Positions 53,852-64,000 of a stretch of DNA of 64,000 nt are shown piece by piece. How positions within the stretch are numbered: position 1 is the first letter of the stretch; each line of letters begins with the position of its first letter. The notes beneath the pieces are model-generated. The model searched no databases. It was not told the origin of the DNA and saw only the letters and a program-made list of their open reading frames with translations. Where the stretch lies: the NCBI RefSeq assembly GCF_022539665.2, contig NC_081332.1:62001-126000 (forward strand). Direction: 5' to 3'. The position numbers and the translations under genes were made by a program. The DNA comes from Daphnia carinata. Taxonomy: Eukaryota.

Positions 53852-56243
53852 TATACTTATAATTGCCAGGTGATTGGAAACTTCTCATCTCATTGGTGTC
53901 CTCTCAGAAGATAAAAGGTGTTTTAAAATGGATTACGGTAGGCCATAACCCAAAACTCGTAGTCCTTTATTTGTTCAAAAGACTAGTTATTTTGGGTTTT
54001 CCGTTTGTTGACGTCATCATAGTAAGCGGTACTAAAGTACTGTTGCTGCTATCTATCATGATACTATTTGTTATGTTTTCGTTTCGAGTCAAATGAGAAT
54101 ACCTGTTTTCCTTTATTTTCCACATTGTACATGTTGACGAGATCTTTTGTTTGGTTCCGATTGCCTCGCTCTTTGTATATTACCTTAATTTTTCTTCGAG
54201 AATAAAATCTAAAACCAGCAATTATAGTCGGGATACAAAAAAAGATAGAAAACAAAATATGAATAAATCAACATGATGGGAAACAAAAACGATAAAATCG
54301 GAAAACAAAAAGGCACACGTCAGGGTTCTAAAACTTTCATCATCACCAAATTCCTACATTATTTTTTTCTTATCCGGAACTATTTGTAAAAATTTACAGA
54401 CGTTATCGTTTAACTCCAGAGCGCAGAGATTGCGGTGTTATTTTGACGTGAACTTCGAGTTCAACTTTTAAGTAATTTGTGTTTTTGCGTCAAATGTCCG
54501 TAGATGAGTAAACTAGGTGACCATTTTGGTGGCAACTGCAAGGTGAAATTGAACTGGAAAGTTGAACTTTTTGTCGTAGAGACCAACAGTAATCCGTTTT
54601 GTGAACGGAACCGATGACGATTTTTATACCCATTTCGATGCCCTTCACACAGTGGGCACGCCTATTGTCTATGTGTCTTTACAGTCAAATAGGGCACTTT
54701 CCATTTTGGTAGCAACAGTAATCATAACCAGAAACTACAGGCCCTAGTTGCTAATAAGGGAAGAACATTAAAGCCTTGGCACGTAAAGCGTCTTAAATTA
54801 TCTTTTTTAAATAATGAGTTATTCCGTTCTTGGAGGAAAAATAAGACTTTTAGTTTGATAATCAATGACGGTAGGCTATAAACATCTCATGTCGCGTTTT
54901 AGTATTGTTTCTTTAACTCTAAAGATCTGAGGAGACGACGTTCAAACGTTGAAAAAATGAGAAACTTAATTGTTGCTATAAAATGGCCTATCTTGATTTA
55001 TAAATAAGTAGCCAATGCGGAAAACCTTTGCCATTGCTGTAAACAAAAAAATATGTTAGTAAACGTTTCGACAATATATCTCGGTTAGCGCTCGGTTGCG
55101 ATTACCTGAAACCCGAAAAACCGCATGTACCTATGCGAAAAATTGCCAATCTGTTACTACCCGGTTAGGTTAAATACGTAAAATTTTATGAGTAAGAATC
55201 GGGGTAGTAATAGGATAACCGGGTAAGAAATAGCTGTAATCGGGGTATGTAAGCGGGTTTTTGAATAAATTTATTTTGTTTTTTCATGTTGCCCCAGTTA
55301 TGCCGGAAGCAACCTCAAATGCTCATGGGCAGGCATACCAAAATCCGAAAGAACCGCATTGAATCCCAAAACAACCTAATCGATCGGCCAAAAAGCTACC
55401 CGATTGACGTTGGGCCAAGTCCTATTCTCGGTAGGCAGTCGGCATATTTTTATCCATATGCTTGTCACTTTTTGAAGGCTGGACTGGAATCCGATAACCC
55501 ATATCGTATTTCCCTTAAAGTAAAAAACCCTTAATTTTATTTGCGGTTTAAAAGGGTTAAACAAAAAAAAGTATTGTCAGAGGCCTTATCTAATAATACA
55601 ACAAGCCTTTAACCGTACATATGATTGACTTTTTGATTTGCATTATTCATGGAAGAAAGAGGTGCATAGGAAATATATCAGTAATATACATTTAAAACGA
55701 TAAACCTTTTTTTCTTCTTTAATTCGGAATTATCTAAATATTTCAACATGCTTAATTTCAACTTTGTCAATAATCTGCACATTTTTTTTACATCAATGAT
55801 TATTATAGTGCAAACAACACATACCAAACAAATATAGCATGCAAACGTCTGGCGTTGTCAGTTTTACGTATGCAAAAAAACCTCATTGTATACCGACGGG
55901 CCGTGAACGCGATCATTTTTCTGATCATTTTACCTTGCCATCTAGGAGCAAATATAGAAGCAATCAAATAAAAATTCCTGTCCCCATTTTCCCACTAAAT
56001 AGTACTGAAAATGTATTGGCATGGCCCTGTAGTCTGCAGCCCTCCACTGTAAAAAAATGATGAGGACACTGCCAGGAGTGACAGAATGAAACTCCTCTTT
56101 AGCTTATGTTTTCGAAGAATAGCACGATTTTTATTAAAACTTACTAGTACTTTTAGTGCAGTAGTTTTTATCAAAAGTATTAATTGTTACTGCGTCTATT
56201 TTGTACAGTACATACTTGCTAGGTGCATAACACAAGGCAGTGG

Positions 56244-57124
56244 TGTGATACGTTGTATTAAAAATTTGGCGAATTTCGATTGATGCTTTTCTGTACAGTT
56301 TATTCTAGAGGAAACTGTAAAGCATCTTCCTCGTGGGAAGACTGACTTTACTGTATTAAGACAAAAGGAAATAATAACGAGCTCGGAGGCGTATTTCCCA
56401 CAATGATGGATTTATTATCCCAGATTAAGCATACTACATTAAGCAAGAACATAAAGAGAAATAAAGATACAGTAGGGAAACTAAAGAGAGAAAGAGAGAC
56501 AATTATAACCAAGTCTTACCGTGATCACACGAGTGGGTAGCGGAAAGATATCGACACGGAAGCGAACGAGATAACCTCACGCTCACGAAGTCAATTCACA
56601 ATCAAATAGATTGAACAAGTGTTTAAGAAAAAGGACAAATGCACTGTCCAAGAATAACTAAGTTCGAACAGATGCAATTTAAAGCAAGTTAAGCAAATAA
56701 AGTTACACGAAAGAGTACAGTTTACTACGCAATACTATTAACCAAAAGATAAGAGCAACAAGAATAAATTCAGGCGACTACCTTACTCAGCTGCAAGTTC
56801 TTGTCTGATCTTTATCATATTTTGGGTTCACGATTACACTTCGCATATTGGCAAATTGGTGAGTTGCTGTGCGAGTATTTGCAACCAATCAAAGATGTTT
56901 AAAATGGCGTGATAATGGTGCGATGATGGGCGCCAATCAAAGATGTTTTATAAGTGACGTGATGCTGATGACACATGGATGCGTCAGCTAGCTAGCAGGT
57001 GTTCATCTAGGTCACCCGTGTTGCGTATGTATATTGTTGCCATGGACATGTTTTATACTAATTACTTATTAAAGATACTACAGAAAGGGCATATAAGTTG
57101 AAGATGTATATTGGCTTCGTTACA
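56244..57124 (-). repeat. Putative 3' LTR
   Basis: Begins TGTAACG immediately after env stop and a short PPT-like tract. Candidate end ...CGTATCACA at 56244. The distal boundary is uncertain because the 5' LTR is outside the window. Confidence 0.55.
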
Positions 57125-57144
57125 TCACTCCCGGCGGCGTGAGA

Positions 57145-58849
57145 TTACGTCCCGTAATCAGACTGCATGCATGGGAATGGATTCGGAAGCTGGTTGCCGT
57201 GATTTGTAGGTGGGACGGCAGCATACGACCCAGCTGGTTGCCGTGATTTGTAGGTGGGACGGCAGCATACGACCCAAATGACGGTGAAAAGGCCGCAACT
57301 ATAGCAAATACGTAAGAAAAGAAGCACTAAAAGGCATAATATGCCGATGAAGAAATAGTTCTTGATCGTCTCCCACCAAGATGTATAACTTCCGACACCA
57401 GATGCCGTTACAAAAATATTTGTCGCACTAGGTCGTTGACGTAAGGTATATTCCGATGGCGGGTGTTCGTTGATTGCGGCAGCAATATCGGCCATGATGT
57501 TCACGTGATTGAGCATGTTGTCGGTATATGCCGGATTACTTTGATGCACGTAGTCGAAAAACTCGACGTTTTCGTAGCGAAAAGAGTGGGCGAGCGTCTG
57601 CTCCGGCAACACGATTGTGGCTTCAATTAATTGCCAGGTGTTGTTGCGGAAAGCGTAAGGTTTGTCGTTAAAGTTTACAAATCCGTTTGTCCAATAGCAA
57701 GGGGAATATTTTACAAGTTCCCAGCCATCGAGGTTAATTGTATAATTTTGAAATTTTGGTTGCGGTCCGCAAGAAGTCAAAATAGTATCAAATGTGACAT
57801 TTAAGGCTTTACACTGTATCAGTACGGCCGTTTTACCGAAAGCTTGTAATTTTGTGCACTTTGGTAATTGTAGTTGAGAGGCTGCTAACCATCCATTATA
57901 TTGAGCAGTTGTAACGGCTCTTTCATGTTTGGCTTTGCCACAATCGCACTGTAATAATTGAATTTGACTTGCCAATTCGTTTTCATGATCGGTTAGTTGA
58001 TCCCGAATATATTGAATATTCGCCGGTATGTTTAAATCTTCAGCGCTAGATGGCACCGAAGAGTTGTGACTGGCCACGGATTTCAAAGGAAGAAGTCCTA
58101 TTGGAGCAATTTTTCTGTACTGAAAAACAACGTGATATCGGCAACAAGTGAAAGTCTAGTTGATTTCGGTCGTCTTGAAGTCTGAAAATTTGTTTTATTC
58201 CAGGTAATTGCATCAACTTGCCGATACCTTCTTCGACAAGCCGGGTAATTGCTTTAGTTTTCTGTGTGTAGGTTTTGTCCCAAATCAGAGTTAAATGATT
58301 ATGTGACAAATTTCCCGACGTAGCGGAAGCAATTCCGATAGGTGTTGAAAAATCCGCATTCTCCTTTTGTTGGAAAAGTTGAATTTTATCGAGAACACAG
58401 TTTAATGTTTCGGAATCGATTGTTTGCAACCAATATCCAGAAATATCGGGTTCATCGTCGAACACAAATTTGCCATCCGAAAAAGTCATTCGTTGATTGT
58501 CGCACCTTTTATTGTTTATCATTTCGTTGCACTCGGCAGGTGTTGTATCGATGGAAATTTTATCTGGCACGATCACTGTTTGTCCGAAAAAATTCATTGT
58601 GATACGTCTTATATTTTTCCAGCGGGCACAAATATATCCCGGAAACTTGATTGCAGCACGTTCTTCACTATATACGGCATATTTTACACTGATGGCACGA
58701 TTTTCGGCAGATTTCGGCTGACAATTCGCGTCAGAGAATTGAAGAATTCCCATCTTCGACGGCTCCGAACAATCGCACACGGTTGCTTCAAATGCTCGGG
58801 AATGTAACCCGTGAAGGCACAATAACAGCAGAAATGGAAATAGAGACAT
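57145..58849 (-). CDS. env: Env-like membrane glycoprotein (class III fusogen-like), split by one frameshift at ~58046-58086
   Basis: Signal peptide MSLFPFLLLLCLHGLHSRA; Cys-rich ectodomain (VCDC, GYICARW..NFFG, TPAEC, YWL, LQCDC, PCYW); N-glycosylation sequons; TM FFIGILCLLVLLFL. Position between pol and the 3' LTR. Confidence 0.75.
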
Positions 58850-59426
58850 TTCTAAATACGGAAGAATATATATAAAAAAAACATACAAGAATAAAAGAGA
58901 ACAATGTAACTGACAAACATATATAACTTTATCATGTGGGTGTTATAACATAGAATCAAACACGAGAAGAAAAGAAGTAAGAAAAACGAAAGTGAAAAAT
59001 AGTCTACGGCTTTTGAAAGGTCAACTTATTTTTCCGTCGGCTTTTCCTAGTTAGCTACGGCAAAAGGGAAGAAAAATATAGGGCACTGGAATATAACTGT
59101 GTTTTCGGGGGGAAGAAAATTTTATCCATCATAATAACTAGTATCGTTGGAAAGAGGAGAAGATATGCTTAATTATCGAAAAGAGAAAACAATAAAATAT
59201 AATATAGTTTAGCGGGGAGGACGAGAAGAAAAACGTTTAAAAGTTTGCGGCGGAAAAAGTTTTTGCCGTGAAAGGTCACGCGCAGTGTTCGAATTTTTTC
59301 CTAAGTTCTAACAATGCGGTCGGGATAGCGCATAAATGAAAAAGTATACTACGGCACACAAGGAAAGATGCAGTTAACGGGAACAATCGGTATGTTTCGC
59401 AATCTTTTACGCCAGGTGTAAAATAT

Positions 59427-59499
59427 TAGCTAATAGCTCAATGATAGCGCTCTCAGCTGTGACGCCAAAGGTCTGAGGTTCGAATCCCCAGTTTGACTA
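59427..59499 (+). ncRNA. tRNA-like (degenerate) element, antisense within the LTR element
   Basis: A-box-like TAGCTCAATGATAG; loop CT-GTG-AC; B box GGTTCGAATCC in a T-arm (tgagg/cccca). The anticodon stem does not pair. Confidence 0.6.
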
Positions 59500-60335
59500 G
59501 ACAACTCATCATTTGCAAAGTAGCTGCTATATAAAGCTACAAGAATGCGTGCGTATAATTTTGGCAAATATATATATATATATGATGAAACAGAAAGATG
59601 CGAAGTTAGATTTTTTCCTAAGTTCAACATAGTGAGAAAGGAAGAGACAAAGAGAATGGAAGGAAGAGATAGAGAGAAAGAATGTGATATATGAGAAGAA
59701 ATGGAAATTATCGCTCAAGGCGTGAAACAAGGCCATATGCTCCAGACATATTGTGTTGAAAATGAGACATGTTACTTGCCCTGTGGCAAAATGTAGCGGC
59801 AATATTAACGCGTATAAATGGGGCGTATATTGTTTATGGAAAAGAAGGAATAGAAGGTAAAAAAAAAATTCTACCTGGCGCGAGAGAGAGAAAGAATAGT
59901 AATAGGGGAAATGGAAAATGCGAGAATGCATTTTCGGCTACTTGTGTCATTTGCCTGAAAGAAGTCTTTCGCGGATAACGTGTGGCGAATAGGCAGACAA
60001 AATTTTACTTTTTTTTTATTTTATTATAAGGATGGAAGTTGGGCTGTTTCCTAACCGGACAGATGGACAAGTTATGCATGTAGCATATACTTATTCGTCT
60101 TTTTGCCTAAGGTAATAAGGTTCTTTATAACCTTTATTTTATTTTGGTTGTTTTAATTATAATGGTTCCCTCCCTATTCTTAGTTTTTATCTACTGAAGA
60201 GATGGGACGGTTTAGCTACGGCCTATTTTTATTGATATGTAACGTGAAAGGAAAACAGATTACATAGCATAGGTAACGACTACATTGGTATAATTAAAAA
60301 CTGGTGTTGGTGTTTTTCTTCTGCTTTCTTTTTCT

Positions 60336-60773
60336 TCAGTAGGCTGGTGGATAGCGATGTTCATTGCAATGGAGGCATAGGTCGTCATCCGCCCAGCTTT
60401 CGGCTGCCCATCCAAAAAGCGGTGGATGTCGATTCGCGGCATCCAGATCCAGTATTTCTTTAAAGCGTTCCGTCGCTTTTCGCCATTTTCCAAGTTCGAT
60501 ACATCGAACTAATCCTAGAGTGAGCGAGCGTGTTACGTCGTCTAGTTCCTCCTGAAGTTCCCTGATGCGTCTCTGAAAGGCTTCCACCGGATTTAGTTCA
60601 GGTGCGGCTGGTTCTGCTGCGGCTGCGGCTGGTACGGCGGCTTCCTGTGGTGGCACGATTGCAGCGTCAGGATCGATTGCTGGTTCTTCGGCAGCGCGAA
60701 CCTGTGGCTGATTGTGCCGGCACGCCCGTTTCACGGCGGGTGCTCCCGAACGGTTGCTCTGGTTTTCGGCCAT
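60336..60773 (-). CDS. Accessory ORF B (145 aa), unknown function
   Basis: ATG ORF with Ala/Pro-rich N-terminus, coiled coil, and motif KEILDLDAANRHPPLFGW shared with ORF A. TATAAAA ~100 bp upstream. Confidence 0.65.
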   Translation of the reverse strand: MAENQSNRSGAPAVKRACRHNQPQVRAAEEPAIDPDAAIVPPQEAAVPAAAAAEPAAPELNPVEAFQRRIRELQEELDDVTRSLTLGLVRCIELGKWRKATERFKEILDLDAANRHPPLFGWAAESWADDDLCLHCNEHRYPPAY

Positions 60774-60867
60774 TGTGGATATTTTAACTTTCTTTGGTTG
60801 TTTGTTCAAAGCGTCTCTTAGCTGAGGATAGCTGTGAGTGTAGGTTTGCGAGGAGATGTGCCCTGAC

Positions 60868-60874
60868 TTTTATA
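60868..60874 (-). promoter_or_regulatory. TATAAAA box upstream of accessory ORF B
   Basis: Consensus TATA ~100 nt before the ATG, at the same relative position as in the ORF A cassette. Confidence 0.45.
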
Positions 60875-61465
60875 GTCAGAAAATCCTCATCGGCTGTTCA
60901 CACCCGTTTTTGAGTTTGGTTTATGTTTTCAACATCTTCATCATTCCTTGGTGTCAGTTGAATTGTTTCTTAATGTCTCTATTTTCGCTTATTTGGCGTA
61001 AAAGAAACAGCGATTGGTTTTTTCTTTCCCACCGTTCGAATCGTGATTCGTTTCTTTCCGCCACTTGGTTGGTTTATTGGATTATTTTAGTGTGTTAAAG
61101 GTAATAGAGAAATAAGAAAAAGTGAAGGAAGACAACAATACAGGTGAGGTTAATTGTTACAAGGTTTTAAAGCTGTCATGTCGAATACGTATTTAGAGAC
61201 TTGTCGGCATTATCTTGGATAGATATCGATTGAATGGCTTATGCGCATAGCCTGCGACGGCGACTCGGGAGCACCGCGCTCCACACCCGTTACCACCTTA
61301 ACTATTACAAATCGCAAGGTAAGCTTTTCGGTTTACCATTCACGAAGTTTGATTAACTTCCAGGTAATAAAGGTGACCTGATGTCACTAAACATTTATTT
61401 TTCGTGTTTTATCTTAATTATTTTTTTTTTCTTCCAAACGGATGGGGTTTTTGTGTGGCCTCGAG

Positions 61466-61538
61466 CGTTGGCTAGGTGGCTCAGTTGGTATAGCCTCTGC
61501 CTACGACTCGGGAGTCTCGAGTTCTAGACTCGCCAACG
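61466..61538 (+). ncRNA. tRNA-like element, antisense within the LTR element
   Basis: Closing helix cgttggc/gccaacg; A box TGGCTCAGTTGG; loop CT-ACG-AC; T-arm cgag-TTCTAGA-ctcg; T-runs immediately downstream. Confidence 0.55.
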
Positions 61539-61875
61539 TCTCTTCTTTTTTCTTTTTCTTGGTGAGTGCTTAACGCTCCCATGATTTATTTTTCCTTTTG
61601 CCATGGCGCATATTCTGCCTTCGGCATTTATTTTCGATGTTTTATTTTTCGTCAAATGGCGGTTTTTAACACAGCCATTTCTCATTTGTTTGGTTGTTTA
61701 CTTGTTGAAAACCCCAAAATTTTTTGTTGCATATTTCTACTATGTTTATTCGATTGATTTGATTAACATAAGAAGGGAAAAAGCACAAGCGCGTTCTAAA
61801 CTATTGACAACATATTGACTACGTTATTAGGAAAAACAAAAGTGTTCTTCCGTTTCCTTCTTTTCTTCTTCCGCC

Positions 61876-62298
61876 TTACAATTGGTCGTACCAATCGCGC
61901 CTTGGCCTTTTGTTAGCTGTGTTCCACAGCTCTGACGGCCAGTTGTATAGTGGCGGATGGCGTTTAGCTGGGTCTAGATCCAGAATTCTTTTCAAGGTGT
62001 AGACTGCGCTGCCCCAATCTTCAGCGAAGAGGTCGGCGTTAAGTCTTGTGGTGAGTATGTTGGTTTTCTCGTCGAGACGTCGCTCGTAGGTGCGATGGGC
62101 CTGATCCCACGAGTCTTGGCTAGTCTGGTCTGGGGATTGAGTTGTTTGGTTGACCCCCTCGGCCGTGTTTTCTGCCATTGGTTCCCAAAACGAGTCAGCA
62201 GTGGGCTCCGTTGTTGTCACCACTTCGTTAGCTTGCACCTCGTCACAAATCCCTTCGACGGTGACTTGTTCGTCTTGAACGGTCGTTTGCTTTTCCAT
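61876..62298 (-). CDS. Accessory ORF A (140 aa), unknown function
   Basis: ATG ORF with acidic N-terminus and motif KRILDLDPAKRHPPLYNW shared with ORF B. TATAAAA ~100 bp upstream. Confidence 0.65.
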   Translation of the reverse strand: MEKQTTVQDEQVTVEGICDEVQANEVVTTTEPTADSFWEPMAENTAEGVNQTTQSPDQTSQDSWDQAHRTYERRLDEKTNILTTRLNADLFAEDWGSAVYTLKRILDLDPAKRHPPLYNWPSELWNTANKRPRRDWYDQL

Positions 62299-62397
62299 CT
62301 TTCTTTGATGATGCTTTACGATGTGTAAAGAGTCTTGTCAGAGTTGTTACTATAACGAGATGTCGGAAAGATGTGGCGCTCTTCGATCTACTCGCTG

Positions 62398-62404
62398 TTT
62401 TATA
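62398..62404 (-). promoter_or_regulatory. TATAAAA box upstream of accessory ORF A
   Basis: Consensus TATA ~100 nt before the ATG. The leader shares cacatct and caaagaaag with the ORF B leader. Confidence 0.45.
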
Positions 62405-62488
62405 CTTTCGAGTTTTTTTGTTTTTTTGTTTTTTTGTTTTTTCTCTGAAAAGCGATCAACAGAATTGCATGCGGATGAGTTATCAGAT

Positions 62489-64000
62489 TTAATCTCTGAA
62501 ACGCATTGGCAATTGTCTATTTCTTTGCGGGCGTCCGGTTGCGTTTTGTGGTATCGTTGTTGCTGATGGAACGACATCAGACGCTATCTGCTGCGTTTCA
62601 TAATTATCCTTGGAATCATCTTCGGCAATTGGTGTGAGATTGAGGTGATTGCCAAATCCCAGCCTCGTTGTTTCTAACTCCACGGTGTCTGACACCATGT
62701 CTTCAGTTTCCACTGTTTCGGATTCCATATTTTCCACATCCACGCTATCTGGATGCTCTTTTTCTGGTTCCACATTTCCTACTTCGCTTGTTTCTTGTTC
62801 CAGTTGTTCCTCACTTTCCATTGTTTGGGTCGAGATCGATTTACGGAATCGATTCTCGAATGTTGAAGGCGACTCGATAGGGGGACAATGTTCATCTTTC
62901 CATAACATTGTTTCATATAGGGGTTTTAAACGGTTAACGTGCGTACGTGTGCATATATATGAATTGTCGGCTATGTCGACAGTATTATTGGAATATACTT
63001 TTACAATTCTATAAGGGCCTTTATATTTGGAAGTAAATTTCCTACTATCGCCCTCTTTTACAAATCTAATATCTAATAAGACTCTATCTCCTACCAAATA
63101 TTGTTTTACTTTCGCCCTTTTATTATATTGCTCCCTTTGACGTTTTCTGGCTTTTTCGCTCTCCTCACGGACGCGTTGGAAACTATAGCGCAAGCGTTCG
63201 GCTAAGTTACCTACGTAATCCGATGCGGATATAAATGTTTTTGGGGAAGCGTCAAGAAATTCATTGATCGGTAAATTAGGGTCTCTACCGTGTAATAAGT
63301 AATAAGGGGTGTCCAGCGTAGAAGAATGGACAGAACTACGATAAGCAAACAAAACATCATCCATGTTCACCGTCTTTTAATTCTTTCCTCAACATTGTTG
63401 TTAATGTTCTATTGAACCTTTCGGTTTCTCCGTTACTAGCTGGATTATAAGAAGTCGTTAGTCGTTGATCAATTTTCAATTTTTTACAAAAGTAACGGAA
63501 TAATTTCGACGTGAAATTAGTTCCGCGGTCTGAAAGAATAGCTTTAGGCATACCGTGTCTAACTATTATTGTTTTGTACACACATTCTGCTGTTGTCTGC
63601 GCAGTCTGATCCTTTAAAGCAACAGCTTCTACCCATCGGCTAAAATAATCTGTGATAACTAAAATGTAACTGTTTCCATTGGGCGAAGCTGGTGTGATAG
63701 GGCCTAGAAAATCCATGCCTATAACTTGAAAAGGGGCCTTTGCAATTTCATGAGGATGCAATAATGCTCTGTAATTTGACGAAGTGTTGGCAATGCATAC
63801 CTCACAAGCTTGACAATATTCTTTTATGTCTTTCCTCATATTTGGCCAATAATAATGATTCTTTACTTTTAAATAGGTTTTATAAAAGGCTAAATGTCCA
63901 CTCATCGGTGCATCATGTAGTTCTTTGAGCACTAGATGACGTAACGATGTAGGTAAGACCAACTGATGGTGAGTTTCGTTTCTTTTGCTATCAGAAGATG
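62489..64000 (-). CDS. pol: Pol C-terminus: retroviral-type integrase (HHCC, DDE core, GPY/F), frameshift at ~63360
   Basis: LHDAPMSGH..YYWPNM..CQACEVC; IGMDFLGP; ILSDRGTNF; NGETERFNRTL; VLFAYRSSVHSS..TPYYLLHGR; KYKGPYRI; HVNRLKP. Confidence 0.92.

Larger units (their letters stand above)
56244..64000 (-). mobile_element. Ty3/Gypsy-type LTR retrotransposon with env (3' half; gag/RT lie beyond the window end)
   Basis: Minus-strand order: integrase with GPY module, accessory ORFs, env-like ORF, purine-rich GGGAGTGA, then LTR starting TGTAACG at 57124. Confidence 0.85.

Noticed and set aside
54300..56240. Possible MITE or transposon fragments between P4HA and the LTR
   Set aside because: Repeat-like words (aaccgc/gcggtt, cactgtaaaaaa) are present, but I could not pair termini or find a TSD.
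59427..59499. Functional tRNA-His(GTG) gene (and tRNA-Arg(ACG) at 61466-61538)
   Set aside because: Anticodon and acceptor stems are unpaired or out of register, so they are reported only as tRNA-like.

Overview
Eukaryotic, AT-rich, short-intron (~60-100 bp) invertebrate DNA; gene content and intron style suggest a Daphnia-like crustacean (inference). The left 44 kb is a segmental duplication. Each copy carries a 3-exon, ~2330-aa gene for a giant SecA-like SF2 ATPase on the minus strand (3682-10823; 21974-29163). About 1.9 kb upstream of these genes, one ~1.35-kb non-autonomous DNA transposon family has inserted three times independently, each with its own 8-bp TSD, into the same ~35-bp paralogous target window. 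Copy 2 also contains a ~9-kb block holding a THAP/P-element (TIRs and 8-bp TSD intact, transposase broken) and a degenerate tandem RxxxxH (HEPN-like) gene. Next come a 6.6-kb near-spacerless palindromic foldback element, a probably damaged prolyl 4-hydroxylase alpha gene, and the 3' half of a Ty3/Gypsy-type LTR element. That element has integrase, two paralogous TATA-preceded accessory ORFs alternating with antisense tRNA-like cassettes, a class III (rhabdovirus-G-like) env, and a 3' LTR. A trypsin-like pseudogene and another gene relic lie between the duplicated copies. All calls were made by eye; no database searches were run.
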